From an uncultured Fimbriimonadaceae bacterium (lineage in GTDB: Bacteria > Armatimonadota > Fimbriimonadia > Fimbriimonadales > Fimbriimonadaceae): DNA of 64,000 nucleotides. Position numbers and translations under genes: made by a program. Below the pieces are notes generated by a model, which was not told where the DNA came from, did not search any database, and saw only the letters and a list, made by a program, of their open reading frames with translations. Of the stretch, positions 16,550-24,700 are shown piece after piece. The stretch is from positions 28,798-92,797 of the forward strand of contig CAZCSP010000010.1 of assembly GCA_964501275.1 (NCBI GenBank), read 5' to 3'. Numbering within the stretch: position 1 is the stretch's first letter; each line of letters begins with the position of its first letter.

Positions 16550-17851
16550 CTACTCAGGCTGGGGCTCCGGGACGTTCGGGAAGACGACTCGGAAGGTAGA
16601 GCCGACGCCCAGTTCGCTGTCGATTTCGACGGCAGCGTCGTGGGTCGTGGCAAGCTCCAGCACAATCTTGGTGCCCCAGCCCGATCCGCCGCCCTTGTCC
16701 CATTGGCTCCGCGCCGTGCCCTTCAGGATGCGCTCGGCAGTTTGGGGGGGCATTCCGGGGCCGGTGTCTTGGACTTCAACCACGTGCTTATCGTCTCGGA
16801 AGAAATAGCGGACCGTGACTTCGCCGAGGATCACATCCTCATCGTTCGCCTCGACCTGGGCGCGCCAGTCGTCGGGGATGGTCTCCTTGACCGCTTTGAT
16901 CGCGTTGCCCACCAGGTTCTGGACGATTCGGAACAGGTAAAGCTCGTCGTGCCAGAGCGCGGGCGCGTCCTCTTGGATTTCGTAGCGCAAGGCCACATGG
17001 TTCTTGCGCCCGTCGCTCTCCAGGTAAGCGGCGCTGGTCTGGATGGTCTCGGCCAAGGGGGCAACGATCTTGTTGGGACGCAACGATCGGCCCGCCGAGA
17101 GGTCGCTGATGAGGCGCGAGTAACCCACGATCCGGTCCACCGACTTCTGGATGTCGGTAAACATCCCGTCCAAGGTCTCGACGTACATCGGCACCGACTC
17201 GTCTACTTCGGTGTCCTTCAAGTGGTCCTTGAGGCCTGCCATCGCGAGTTCGGAAAAGCTGAGGTTGGCATACAAGCTGGCGGCGAGGTTGCCGATGTCG
17301 TGGCTCACCTTGCCCATTCCCAACAGGCTGGAGGAGCGCGATTCTTCCTCGATCAGTCTAGAGTTGATGTAGGCCATCGCGGAGACCGCCGCGACCGTCT
17401 CCAGAACCGCGGCGTCGTTCTCGTTGAATGAGCCCTCGTTCTTATTAAGAAGCTGGACCACGCCTATGGGGGTCTCGTCCTCCATTTGGAGGGGAACGGC
17501 GATCATGTTCTTCAGGACCACGCCCGTCGCCTGCTCGAAGTCGCTCAGGTCGGGTTTGGGCGGGAACTCCTTGATGACGGTCTTGCTGCTTTGAAAAGCC
17601 TGCCCGGCTACGCCGTAGTCTTCAGGAATGTCCTTGGTGGGGAGCCGATCCGCCACGTCCTCGGGCAGCACGTGCTGGAACCGAAGCCGACGGGTGGCTG
17701 GTTCGTGCACATAGATCGTTCCGCCCGAAGCTCCCACCGCCTCAACGCACAACTGCAACACTTCCTTGAGCAACAGGTCGAACTGTCCGGTACTGGCGAG
17801 CTTCTTGGTGGCAAGCTTAACGGCCTGGATGAGCCGTGCATTGGTATCCAT
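16550..17851 (-). CDS. GAF-domain sensor histidine kinase (orphan)
   Basis: N-terminal GAF-like region, H-box VSHDIGNLAASL, N-box VQNLVGNAIKA, G-boxes VQDTGPGMP and GSGWGTKIV. No response regulator is adjacent. Confidence 0.9.
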   Translation of the reverse strand: MDTNARLIQAVKLATKKLASTGQFDLLLKEVLQLCVEAVGASGGTIYVHEPATRRLRFQHVLPEDVADRLPTKDIPEDYGVAGQAFQSSKTVIKEFPPKPDLSDFEQATGVVLKNMIAVPLQMEDETPIGVVQLLNKNEGSFNENDAAVLETVAAVSAMAYINSRLIEEESRSSSLLGMGKVSHDIGNLAASLYANLSFSELAMAGLKDHLKDTEVDESVPMYVETLDGMFTDIQKSVDRIVGYSRLISDLSAGRSLRPNKIVAPLAETIQTSAAYLESDGRKNHVALRYEIQEDAPALWHDELYLFRIVQNLVGNAIKAVKETIPDDWRAQVEANDEDVILGEVTVRYFFRDDKHVVEVQDTGPGMPPQTAERILKGTARSQWDKGGGSGWGTKIVLELATTHDAAVEIDSELGVGSTFRVVFPNVPEPQPE

Positions 17852-17863
17852 TCGGCGGCTATT

Positions 17864-19186
17864 TTACTTGACTTCGGTCGGTAGAGAGGAGCGTTCGGCA
17901 AGAATCTCTCGCCACCTTTGCAATCGCTTGCCGATTTCGACCTCGTTTCCGCGCTTGGTTGGGCGGTAGTAAGCGCGTTCGCCGAGGGACTCGGGCAGAT
18001 TCCTCTGCTCCACCACCGCCTCCTCAAAGTCGTGGGCGTAGCGATAGCCTTCGCCGTATCCCTGCTCCTTCATCAGCTTGGTGGGGGCGTTCCGCAGGTG
18101 GATGGGAACGGGGTCGTTCCGAGTCTGTTTTACATCCTGGCTGGCCTCTCCGAACGCTTTGTAGACCGCGTTGCTCTTGGGCGCGGTGGCCGTGTAGACC
18201 GCGCACTGCGCTAGAGCCAAGGCGCCTTCGGGCATTCCGATGAAGTGGAGGGCCTGTTGTGCAGCCATCGCCTGTTGCAGGGCGTTGGGGTCGGCCAAGC
18301 CCACATCCTCCACCGCCATTCTCACCAGCCGCCGGGCCAGATACATCGGGTCTTCCCCTCCCTCCAGCATCCTGGCTAGCCAATAAAGCGTGGCGTTCGG
18401 ATCGCTTCCCCGCACCGACTTGTGGAGCGCGGAGATGATGTCGTAGTGCATCTCGCCGCCCTTGTCATAGAGCATCGCCCGCTGTTGAATCGCCGACTCC
18501 ACATCCTTCAGCGTCACATGCCCATCCACACTGGCGGCAACGCTGAGTTCCAGCATATTGAGGGCCGACCGCGCATCGCCGTTGGAGAGGTTCACCCAGG
18601 CGTCGATGGCTTCGGCGTCGATCTGCGCGTTGGTGTACTGCGCCTCAATGGCCCGCCGCAAGACCTCCCGAATCTCCTCGTCGGTGAGGGGATTCAGGAT
18701 GAAGACGCGGGAGCGGGAGAGGAGGGCGGAGTTCACCTCGAAGGACGGGTTCTCGGTGGTCGCGCCGATCAGGGTAATGGTCCCATTCTCCACCACGGGC
18801 AGGATGGCGTCCTGTTGGGCTTTGTTGAAGCGGTGGATTTCGTCGATGAAGAGGATGGTTTTGTGGCCTGACTGCTTCCTCAGCCGCGCCTCTTCCACCA
18901 CCTTTCGGATGTCGGCGACTCCCGCCGACACCGCGCTCAGGCGGGCGAAGTGGGCTTTGGTCACCCCGGCGATAATCTCCGCCAGGGTGGTCTTCCCCAC
19001 TCCCGGAGGTCCCCAGAGGATGATTGAGCGAAGCTGGTCCGCCTCCGCCGCCCGACGAAACGCCGCGTCTGGGGCGGTGAGATGGACTTGGCCGATGATG
19101 TCGTCGAAAGTCAGCGGCCTCAGCCGGGCCGCCAAGGGAGCGCCTTCGTCAATTGGGGAGGCTTCGCCAAAAAGGGATGGCTCCAT
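17864..19186 (-). CDS. rarA: Replication-associated recombination protein A (MgsA/RarA AAA+ ATPase)
   Basis: LRPLTFDDIIGQ, GPPGVGKTTLAEII, ILFIDEIHRFNKAQQD, the C-terminal DPNATLYWLARML and YRYAHD. Confidence 0.93.
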   Translation of the reverse strand: MEPSLFGEASPIDEGAPLAARLRPLTFDDIIGQVHLTAPDAAFRRAAEADQLRSIILWGPPGVGKTTLAEIIAGVTKAHFARLSAVSAGVADIRKVVEEARLRKQSGHKTILFIDEIHRFNKAQQDAILPVVENGTITLIGATTENPSFEVNSALLSRSRVFILNPLTDEEIREVLRRAIEAQYTNAQIDAEAIDAWVNLSNGDARSALNMLELSVAASVDGHVTLKDVESAIQQRAMLYDKGGEMHYDIISALHKSVRGSDPNATLYWLARMLEGGEDPMYLARRLVRMAVEDVGLADPNALQQAMAAQQALHFIGMPEGALALAQCAVYTATAPKSNAVYKAFGEASQDVKQTRNDPVPIHLRNAPTKLMKEQGYGEGYRYAHDFEEAVVEQRNLPESLGERAYYRPTKRGNEVEIGKRLQRWREILAERSSLPTEVK

Positions 19187-19192
19187 AGGAAT

Positions 19193-20179
19193 CTATACGC
19201 CCTTCTCGGCCCGCCAGGCGGGACTCAAGAACTTGCTCATGTAGTTCCGCACATTGTCGGGCAGGATCACCACAATCCGCTCCCCGCCTTTGCACTCCTT
19301 CGCAATCTCCAAAACCCCTTGCATCGCCGAGCCACTGGACCCGCCAACCAACATCCCCTCTTCCCGAATCAGCCGCAGGGCCAGTTCAAAGGAGGTCTTA
19401 TCGTTGGTTTTGATATAGCGATCCACCAGCGATTGGTCCAAAACGTCGGGGATGAAGTCGTAGCCGATGCCCTCCACCAGATAAGGCCCGCCCGGCTCCC
19501 CGCCGCCGATGATCGACCCCTCCGGGTCAACGCCGACGATCTGGCAGGTCGGAATCTCCTCCTTGAACCGCCTCGCGACCCCCGCAAGGGTCCCCCCCGT
19601 CCCGACGCTGGCGACGAAGTAGTCGATCCGCCCGTCGGTCTGCTCGATGAGTTCCCGAGCGGTGGTCTCGTAGTGGGCGCGAGGGTTGTCGGGGTTGCCG
19701 AATTGATCGAGGATATGCGAATTGGGAATCTCCTTTCTTAGCTTCTCGGCGACCCCAAAGTTGGATTCCGGCGAGTCGTGGGCGGCTTCGGTAGGAGTCC
19801 GCACAATTTCCGCCCCTAGCGCCTCCATCATCAACTGCTTCTCTGCACTCATCTTCTCGGGCATAGTAATGATGAGCCGATACCCCCGAATCGCCGCCGC
19901 CATCGCCAGCCCGATCCCGGTATTCCCGCTGGTAGGCTCGATCAGAGTGTCGCCCGGCTTGATGCGCCCTTCCCTTTCCGCCTGCTCCACCATAAACCAC
20001 CCAATCCGGTCCTTCACCGATCCGCCCGGGTTCAGGAACTCGCACTTGGCCAGGATTTCAACGTCGAACTCCTTACCGATGGAGTTCAAACGAACCAACG
20101 GCGTATTCCCGATCGCGGCAAGGATGTTTGGCAGGATGTCCATGCCGCTAGTGTAACCCCCTGGGATCGCCGAATTCAT
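19193..20179 (-). CDS. PLP-dependent cysteine synthase / cystathionine beta-synthase family enzyme (no CBS pair)
   Basis: [22 protein letters not shown] (PLP lysine), [18 protein letters not shown]. The start is uncertain (20179 or the ATG at 20143, MDILPN...). Confidence 0.9.
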   Translation of the reverse strand: MNSAIPGGYTSGMDILPNILAAIGNTPLVRLNSIGKEFDVEILAKCEFLNPGGSVKDRIGWFMVEQAEREGRIKPGDTLIEPTSGNTGIGLAMAAAIRGYRLIITMPEKMSAEKQLMMEALGAEIVRTPTEAAHDSPESNFGVAEKLRKEIPNSHILDQFGNPDNPRAHYETTARELIEQTDGRIDYFVASVGTGGTLAGVARRFKEEIPTCQIVGVDPEGSIIGGGEPGGPYLVEGIGYDFIPDVLDQSLVDRYIKTNDKTSFELALRLIREEGMLVGGSSGSAMQGVLEIAKECKGGERIVVILPDNVRNYMSKFLSPAWRAEKGV

Positions 20180-20259
20180 TCGGCGAGCAGGTTTGGAGGA
20201 GTTGCAGATGTGTATCGCGACGCCAGACCCCGCCCGCTACAGACCAAAAAGTCCTTCCC

Positions 20260-20371
20260 CCTTGATGGGGGAGGGATTTAGGGTGGGGGTGAGGCTGGCA
20301 GAGCGCTTGGGTGTCCAGGTGCAGATAGTCGGCAGGCGTCACCCCTATCCCAAACCCTTTCCCCATCAAGG
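20260..20371. repeat. Inverted repeat, 33-nt arms (20260-20292 / 20339-20371), 27/33 complementary, all mismatches A/G
   Basis: Read directly: CCTTGATGGGGGAGGGATTTAGGGTGGGGGTGA versus TCACCCCTATCCCAAACCCTTTCCCCATCAAGG. Lies in the divergent region between the cysteine-synthase-like gene and the CDO-like gene. Confidence 0.8.
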
Positions 20372-20419
20372 AGAAAGGGCCTTTTGCCAGCCGCCTACAG
20401 ATATACTTGGAGAAGGTCA

Positions 20420-21004
20420 ATGACGACCAGGAGAAACCCTATGCCTACCGATCTCGCCACTAAATCCGAACTCATCCAACTCCTCGACGAAGCCGTCAAG
20501 ACCCAGGAAATGAAGGGGTGCTGTATGGCGGTGAAGGACGCCTTGGAGCATGTGGTGCATTCGGGCAAGGAGTTTGTGGAGGAGGAGCTGTTGCGCCCGT
20601 CCCCCACCGGCTACGCCCGCCGACTCCTTCACCTGGACCCCGAGGGTCGGTACTCGGCGCTGGTGATGGTCTGGGACAAAGGCCAAGGCACCGCCCTGCA
20701 CGACCACGCCGGGATGTGGTGCGTGGAGTGCGTGTATCGGGGCAAGATTTTGGTGACTTCTTACTCGGTGGATAAGGGAGAAGGCGACAACTACTGGTTC
20801 AGCAAAGAGGCAGAGATTGTGGCGGGAGTCGGAGAGGCCGGAGCCCTAATCCCCCCCTTCGACCACCACACCATCGAGAATCCTTATGACGAGAAGGCCG
20901 TGACTATCCACGTCTACGGCGGCGAGATGACTTGGGCGGATTGCTTCCTGCCGGAAAGCGACCACTACGTGCGGACTCGAAAAGAGCTGAGCTACACAGA
21001 GTAG
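20420..21004 (+). CDS. Cysteine dioxygenase type I-like cupin protein
   Basis: ALVMVWDKGQGTALHDHAGMWCVECVYRGKI...HHTIENP is a cupin His triad pattern like bacterial CDO homologues. The ATG at 20420 has a GGAGAAGG Shine-Dalgarno sequence. Alternative starts are at 20441 and 20384. Confidence 0.72.
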   Translation: MTTRRNPMPTDLATKSELIQLLDEAVKTQEMKGCCMAVKDALEHVVHSGKEFVEEELLRPSPTGYARRLLHLDPEGRYSALVMVWDKGQGTALHDHAGMWCVECVYRGKILVTSYSVDKGEGDNYWFSKEAEIVAGVGEAGALIPPFDHHTIENPYDEKAVTIHVYGGEMTWADCFLPESDHYVRTRKELSYTE

Positions 21005-21045
21005 CCGCGCACTTGTAGCCAAAGCTCCCCCTCCTCGTTTAAACC

Positions 21046-21543
21046 CTACACTCGTTCCGCGGACAGAATTCTGTCGATTAGCGTGTATAGCTTTGCCCTT
21101 GCCGCCTTACCTACTGCATTGCCGAACCGGTAAGTTGCTGGTGGGCGCCACACGTGCGGGTTTCCGGTCCCCCACGGATACTCGCAGTTGGGCGCGTTCG
21201 GGCCTGCGACCGACGGGTTCAGGAGTTCTACACGGCGCATACTTGCTTCCAAGCCTCTCAAGACCCGGCTAACTTCGCGACGGCTTGCTGTACGACCCAT
21301 CAAAGTCTTGCGCAAGCGTGGATCATTAACGATTTGCGCACTCAATACCCTAAAGCTGTTGTGGACTGCATGGTGACCCCAAAGTGACTGTCCCTGTTTT
21401 CTTCCATAGCCCTTGATGAGTTTCTCACCGCACATCTGTAAATGCAGGACGATCTGGCATATCTCCGCCTCATTCTGCTCAAGGATCAAGGCGGTACGTA
21501 AGTCGCTTCTGGCCTGCTTGAACCAGGCGCGATCTGGTCTCAA
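21046..21543 (-). CDS. Hypothetical protein, possibly HEPN-like helical domain
   Basis: 165-aa ORF. The N-terminus WFKQARSDLRTALILEQ...CGEKLIKGYG resembles HEPN helices, but no clean R-x4-6-H motif was seen. It has a 4-nt overlap with the upstream 125-aa ORF. Confidence 0.5.
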   Translation of the reverse strand: MRPDRAWFKQARSDLRTALILEQNEAEICQIVLHLQMCGEKLIKGYGRKQGQSLWGHHAVHNSFRVLSAQIVNDPRLRKTLMGRTASRREVSRVLRGLEASMRRVELLNPSVAGPNAPNCEYPWGTGNPHVWRPPATYRFGNAVGKAARAKLYTLIDRILSAERV

Positions 21544-21917
21544 CTCGCCTTGCGCCTACGTATGCGTTCCACAGGAATCGCGCTTTCCCATGTGCCCCAC
21601 TCCGGTGGCGGATTTAGTCTCTCCGGACCTGTCAGATCGGTTACCGCGATTTGCATGGTGTGGTGGAGACCTTCCTGAGGGTCAGGCGAAAATTGAATCG
21701 GAACGATGGCATCCTCTGGAAACCACAATTTGTCAACGTGTATGACCCGAATCTCCTTGCCGGAAACGTCGGGAAAGATGAAGCTCTGTACAATGGAAGG
21801 CACTTCAGAGTGATTGAGCTTGATCAAATGCCGCGCCTCCATCTCCAAGTTTTCCAACGTCATCTTGCGCATAGCAGAATTATGGCATGGGGCATGGACC
21901 ACCCTCTTCCCGCGCAA
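21540..21917 (-). CDS. Hypothetical protein (partner of 21046..21543)
   Basis: 125-aa ORF. Internal ATGs at 21872/21863 (MRKMTLENLE...) may be the real start. No recognised motif. Confidence 0.45.
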   Translation of the reverse strand: MRGKRVVHAPCHNSAMRKMTLENLEMEARHLIKLNHSEVPSIVQSFIFPDVSGKEIRVIHVDKLWFPEDAIVPIQFSPDPQEGLHHTMQIAVTDLTGPERLNPPPEWGTWESAIPVERIRRRKAS

Positions 21918-21957
21918 AACGAGGAGGGGGCTTTTCGCACTCGGCTAAACTGCACCC

Positions 21958-23160
21958 ATGCCGGAGTTTGAGACGCAGGTCATTCATGCAGGAATCGAGC
22001 CAGATGAGGCTACGGGCGCGGTGATGACGCCCATCTACCAGACCAGCACCTATGCCCAATCCAGCCCTGGCGAGCATAAAGGCTACGAGTACAGCCGCAC
22101 CGACAACCCGACCCGGACCGTCCTCCAAACCCAACTTGCCGCCTTGGAGCAAGGGGACAAGGCGCTTGTGTTTTCCAGCGGACTCGCCGCCACCGACTGT
22201 GTTCTCAACCTCTTCCAAACCGGCGACCATGTGATCGCGGGGGATGACCTCTATGGAGGCACCTATCGCCTGTTCGAGAAAGTTGCCACCTATCGCGGAT
22301 TGGAGTTCGACTTTGTGGACCTCACCGACGAAGCAAAGCTTCGCGAGAAGATCAACCCCAACACCAAGCTCATCTGGTTTGAGACCCCCACCAACCCGAT
22401 GCTCAACCTGTTCGACATCGCGAAGATCGCCGCCATCGCCAAGGAGCATGGGATCCTGACGGTGGTGGACAACACCTTCATGTCCCCCTACTTCCAAAAC
22501 CCACTTGCCCTCGGTGCCGACATCGTAATGCACTCGATGACGAAGTATATCAATGGCCACTCGGACGTGGTGATGGGGTGCCTGGTGATGCGGGACCGGA
22601 ATCTCAAGGCCCCCCGCAAAACCTGGAGCGACCCCAACTTCTCGGCCCCCAAGACCCTCTACGCCCGGCTCAAATTCCTCCAGAATGCGGTCGGCGCGAC
22701 TCCCGGTCCGTTCGACTGCTGGCTGGTTCTGCGCGGGATCAAGACGTTGGCGGTGCGGATGGAAAGGCACGCCCAGAACGCCTGGCAGATCGCCCAGTTC
22801 CTGGAGAGGCATCCCAAGGTCGAGCGAGTGGTCTATCCCGGCCTCCCGTCGCACCCGGGGCATGAGTTGGCGAAGCGGCAGATGCGGGGCTTTGGGGGCA
22901 TGGTGACCTTCTTTACCAAGGGCGGTCTGGCGGAAGCCCGCACCTTCTTGGAAAACCTGGAGGTTTTCACTTTGGCGGAGTCATTGGGAGGCGTCGAGAG
23001 CCTCATCGAGCACCCCGCCATCATGACCCACGCCTCGATTCCGCCGGAGTTGAGGAAAGAGATCGGCATCCACGACAACCTGGTCCGCATGAGTTGCGGG
23101 ATCGAGCACGCCGACGACTTGATCCGAGACTTGGACTCAGCCCTGGCCAAGCTTCCCTAG
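21958..23160 (+). CDS. Cystathionine gamma-lyase/gamma-synthase family PLP enzyme
   Basis: TQVIHAGIEPDEATGAVMTPIYQTSTY, YSRTDNPTR, HSMTKYINGHSD (PLP lysine), ESLGGVESLIEHPA. Confidence 0.93.
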   Translation: MPEFETQVIHAGIEPDEATGAVMTPIYQTSTYAQSSPGEHKGYEYSRTDNPTRTVLQTQLAALEQGDKALVFSSGLAATDCVLNLFQTGDHVIAGDDLYGGTYRLFEKVATYRGLEFDFVDLTDEAKLREKINPNTKLIWFETPTNPMLNLFDIAKIAAIAKEHGILTVVDNTFMSPYFQNPLALGADIVMHSMTKYINGHSDVVMGCLVMRDRNLKAPRKTWSDPNFSAPKTLYARLKFLQNAVGATPGPFDCWLVLRGIKTLAVRMERHAQNAWQIAQFLERHPKVERVVYPGLPSHPGHELAKRQMRGFGGMVTFFTKGGLAEARTFLENLEVFTLAESLGGVESLIEHPAIMTHASIPPELRKEIGIHDNLVRMSCGIEHADDLIRDLDSALAKLP

Positions 23161-23203
23161 CCTGGATTGTCGGGGCTGTTACGTGGTGTTTGTTGCCTTG
23201 CAA

Positions 23204-23272
23204 CTCTTTGCGGGCTTTGCGCCTTTGCGAGAACTATTTGAACTCACGCAAAGACGCAAAGAGCGCAAAGAG
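23204..23272. repeat. Hairpin of CTTTGCG heptads (arms 23204-23232 / 23243-23272, ~25/29 complementary, 11-nt loop)
   Basis: Read directly. It starts 44 nt after the stop of the cystathionine lyase gene. There is no T-run. Confidence 0.75.
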
Positions 23273-23375
23273 CCGCGAAGGACTGGGCGGCGGACACACA
23301 ATGCGATAACCCCGAGCCACCCAAGGGCAACGGCCATCACCTCTGTCAAACCCAAGTTATCGAAATTGAGGAGCA

Positions 23376-23463
23376 TCCTTCGGTGGCCCTCTGTGTTTTT
23401 CGGTGGTTCTTTCAATAGGCGAAGACCGAAACCACCAAGGGCCGCAGAGGACCGCCGAAGGAC
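23376..23463. repeat. Second imperfect inverted repeat (TCCTTCGGTGGCCCTCTG / CAGAGGACCGCCGAAGGA, 16/18)
   Basis: Read directly, in the same 360-nt intergenic region. Confidence 0.6.
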
Positions 23464-23519
23464 GGTCGGCTGCCCTGAATGGGTAAAGCAGCAGGCAGAG
23501 GCTAAGCTACACTAAGCCA

Positions 23520-24476
23520 ATGCGACTAGTGACGCCCCTTCGGCGCGCGGTGATGCGGGGGGTTTATTCCCGACGGCTGAACTCCCGATGGGGGAAGGTT
23601 TTGGCGGGGTTGGATGTTTGGCCTTTGGATGCCGCCCGGCTGGATGGGAGCGGGAACCTGACTTGGGGCGGACTGGGCACCTCGATCACGGAGCCGACGC
23701 CCGCTGCCCTGACGATGATCGAAAACCACCGGGTCTGCGGCGACTTGGGGACTCGGGCGGGGGCTAAGTTCGATATCCGCCAAGACCACATCGCCATCGA
23801 GGTCGGCGGGGTAAAGGGAGTCGCACGGAACCGGGCGGACCTTCAGGTTTTTCATGAGATATTCGTCGAGCGGTTCTACAGCTTCGAGTACCCCGGCTCG
23901 TTCTTCGTGATCGACGTGGGCGCGAACCTTGGCCTGGCTTCCCTCTTCTTCGCCTCCGAGTACCAGGCGGAAGTCGTGGCTTATGAGTTGGTGCCGAGCA
24001 CGGTGCAGATGGCCCAAGAAAACCTGAATCTCAACCCCAAGCTATCCTCCCGAATCCGCTTGGAAGCGGTCGGTCTGGCGGACAAAGACGCCGAGATCGA
24101 GATCGAAGTAGACGCCGCGATCCGGTCCAGCAATTCGCTCTATGAAACGAACCTGACTGAAACCCGTACTAAGGAAACTGTGCAGGTTATCGACGCCGGT
24201 CCCGCCATCCAAGCTGCCATCGAGCAAGCCGCCGGTCGAACCTTGGTACTGAAGTTGGATGCAGAGGGCGCCGAGTATGAAATATTCGAGCGGATGCAGG
24301 CGCTTGGGCTGCTATCCAAGGTGGATGTGCTGTTCCTGGAGTGGCATGAGCGAACGGGCAAAGACCCGGCGACCCTGCGGGACATGCTTCGCCAAGCAGG
24401 ATTCATCTGGACCGAACGCCAGCATACGGAAGCCCCGGTTGGGCTCATCAACGGGTTCAATAAATCACGTTGCTAA
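23520..24476 (+). CDS. FkbM-family SAM-dependent methyltransferase
   Basis: FFVIDVGANLGLASLFFA (motif I) and LKLDAEGAEYEIF are typical of the FkbM family. Confidence 0.72.
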   Translation: MRLVTPLRRAVMRGVYSRRLNSRWGKVLAGLDVWPLDAARLDGSGNLTWGGLGTSITEPTPAALTMIENHRVCGDLGTRAGAKFDIRQDHIAIEVGGVKGVARNRADLQVFHEIFVERFYSFEYPGSFFVIDVGANLGLASLFFASEYQAEVVAYELVPSTVQMAQENLNLNPKLSSRIRLEAVGLADKDAEIEIEVDAAIRSSNSLYETNLTETRTKETVQVIDAGPAIQAAIEQAAGRTLVLKLDAEGAEYEIFERMQALGLLSKVDVLFLEWHERTGKDPATLRDMLRQAGFIWTERQHTEAPVGLINGFNKSRC

Positions 24477-24487
24477 CACATTATTTG

Positions 24488-24678
24488 TAGTACGGCGTCA
24501 TGGTGAGCGAGAGTGGCCCGAGCGTTTTGTTGCTCAGAGTGTTCTATGCCGCGGAGTCGAACCACCCCACGCGGTTGTAAAGTGGGATGAATTGACGGGC
24601 AGGTGAGGTCCTTCGACTCGCGACCAGCAAACGGCGAAGCTACAGACTCCTTCTGGCTCGCTCAGGATGACGCCGTCC
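24488..24678 (+). repeat. ~190-bp palindromic MITE-like element, copy 1
   Basis: Terminal inverted repeats are ACGGCGTCATGGTGAGCGAG...CTCGCTCAGGATGACGCCGT. An internal inverted repeat runs around GAGTCGAACCACC / GGTGAGGTCCTTCGACTC. The other copies are at 35972-36163 (reverse) and 58672-58863. Confidence 0.85.
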
Positions 24679-24700
24679 TCGCGATGTTTGCTACAACCTC

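Noticed and set aside
20193-20423. 76-aa ORF (..SPSPLMGEGFRVGVRLAE..) and its antisense twin 20148..20420
   Set aside because: Both are read-throughs of the two arms of the inverted repeat at 20260-20371. That the same DNA gives mirror ORFs on both strands is a hallmark of a palindromic repeat, not of a gene.
21880-22863. 327-aa minus-strand ORF antisense to the cystathionine gamma-lyase gene
   Set aside because: The plus strand carries unmistakable PLP-enzyme motifs. The antisense product is Gly/Arg/Val/His/Asp-rich with no motif, a typical shadow ORF of high-G+C DNA.
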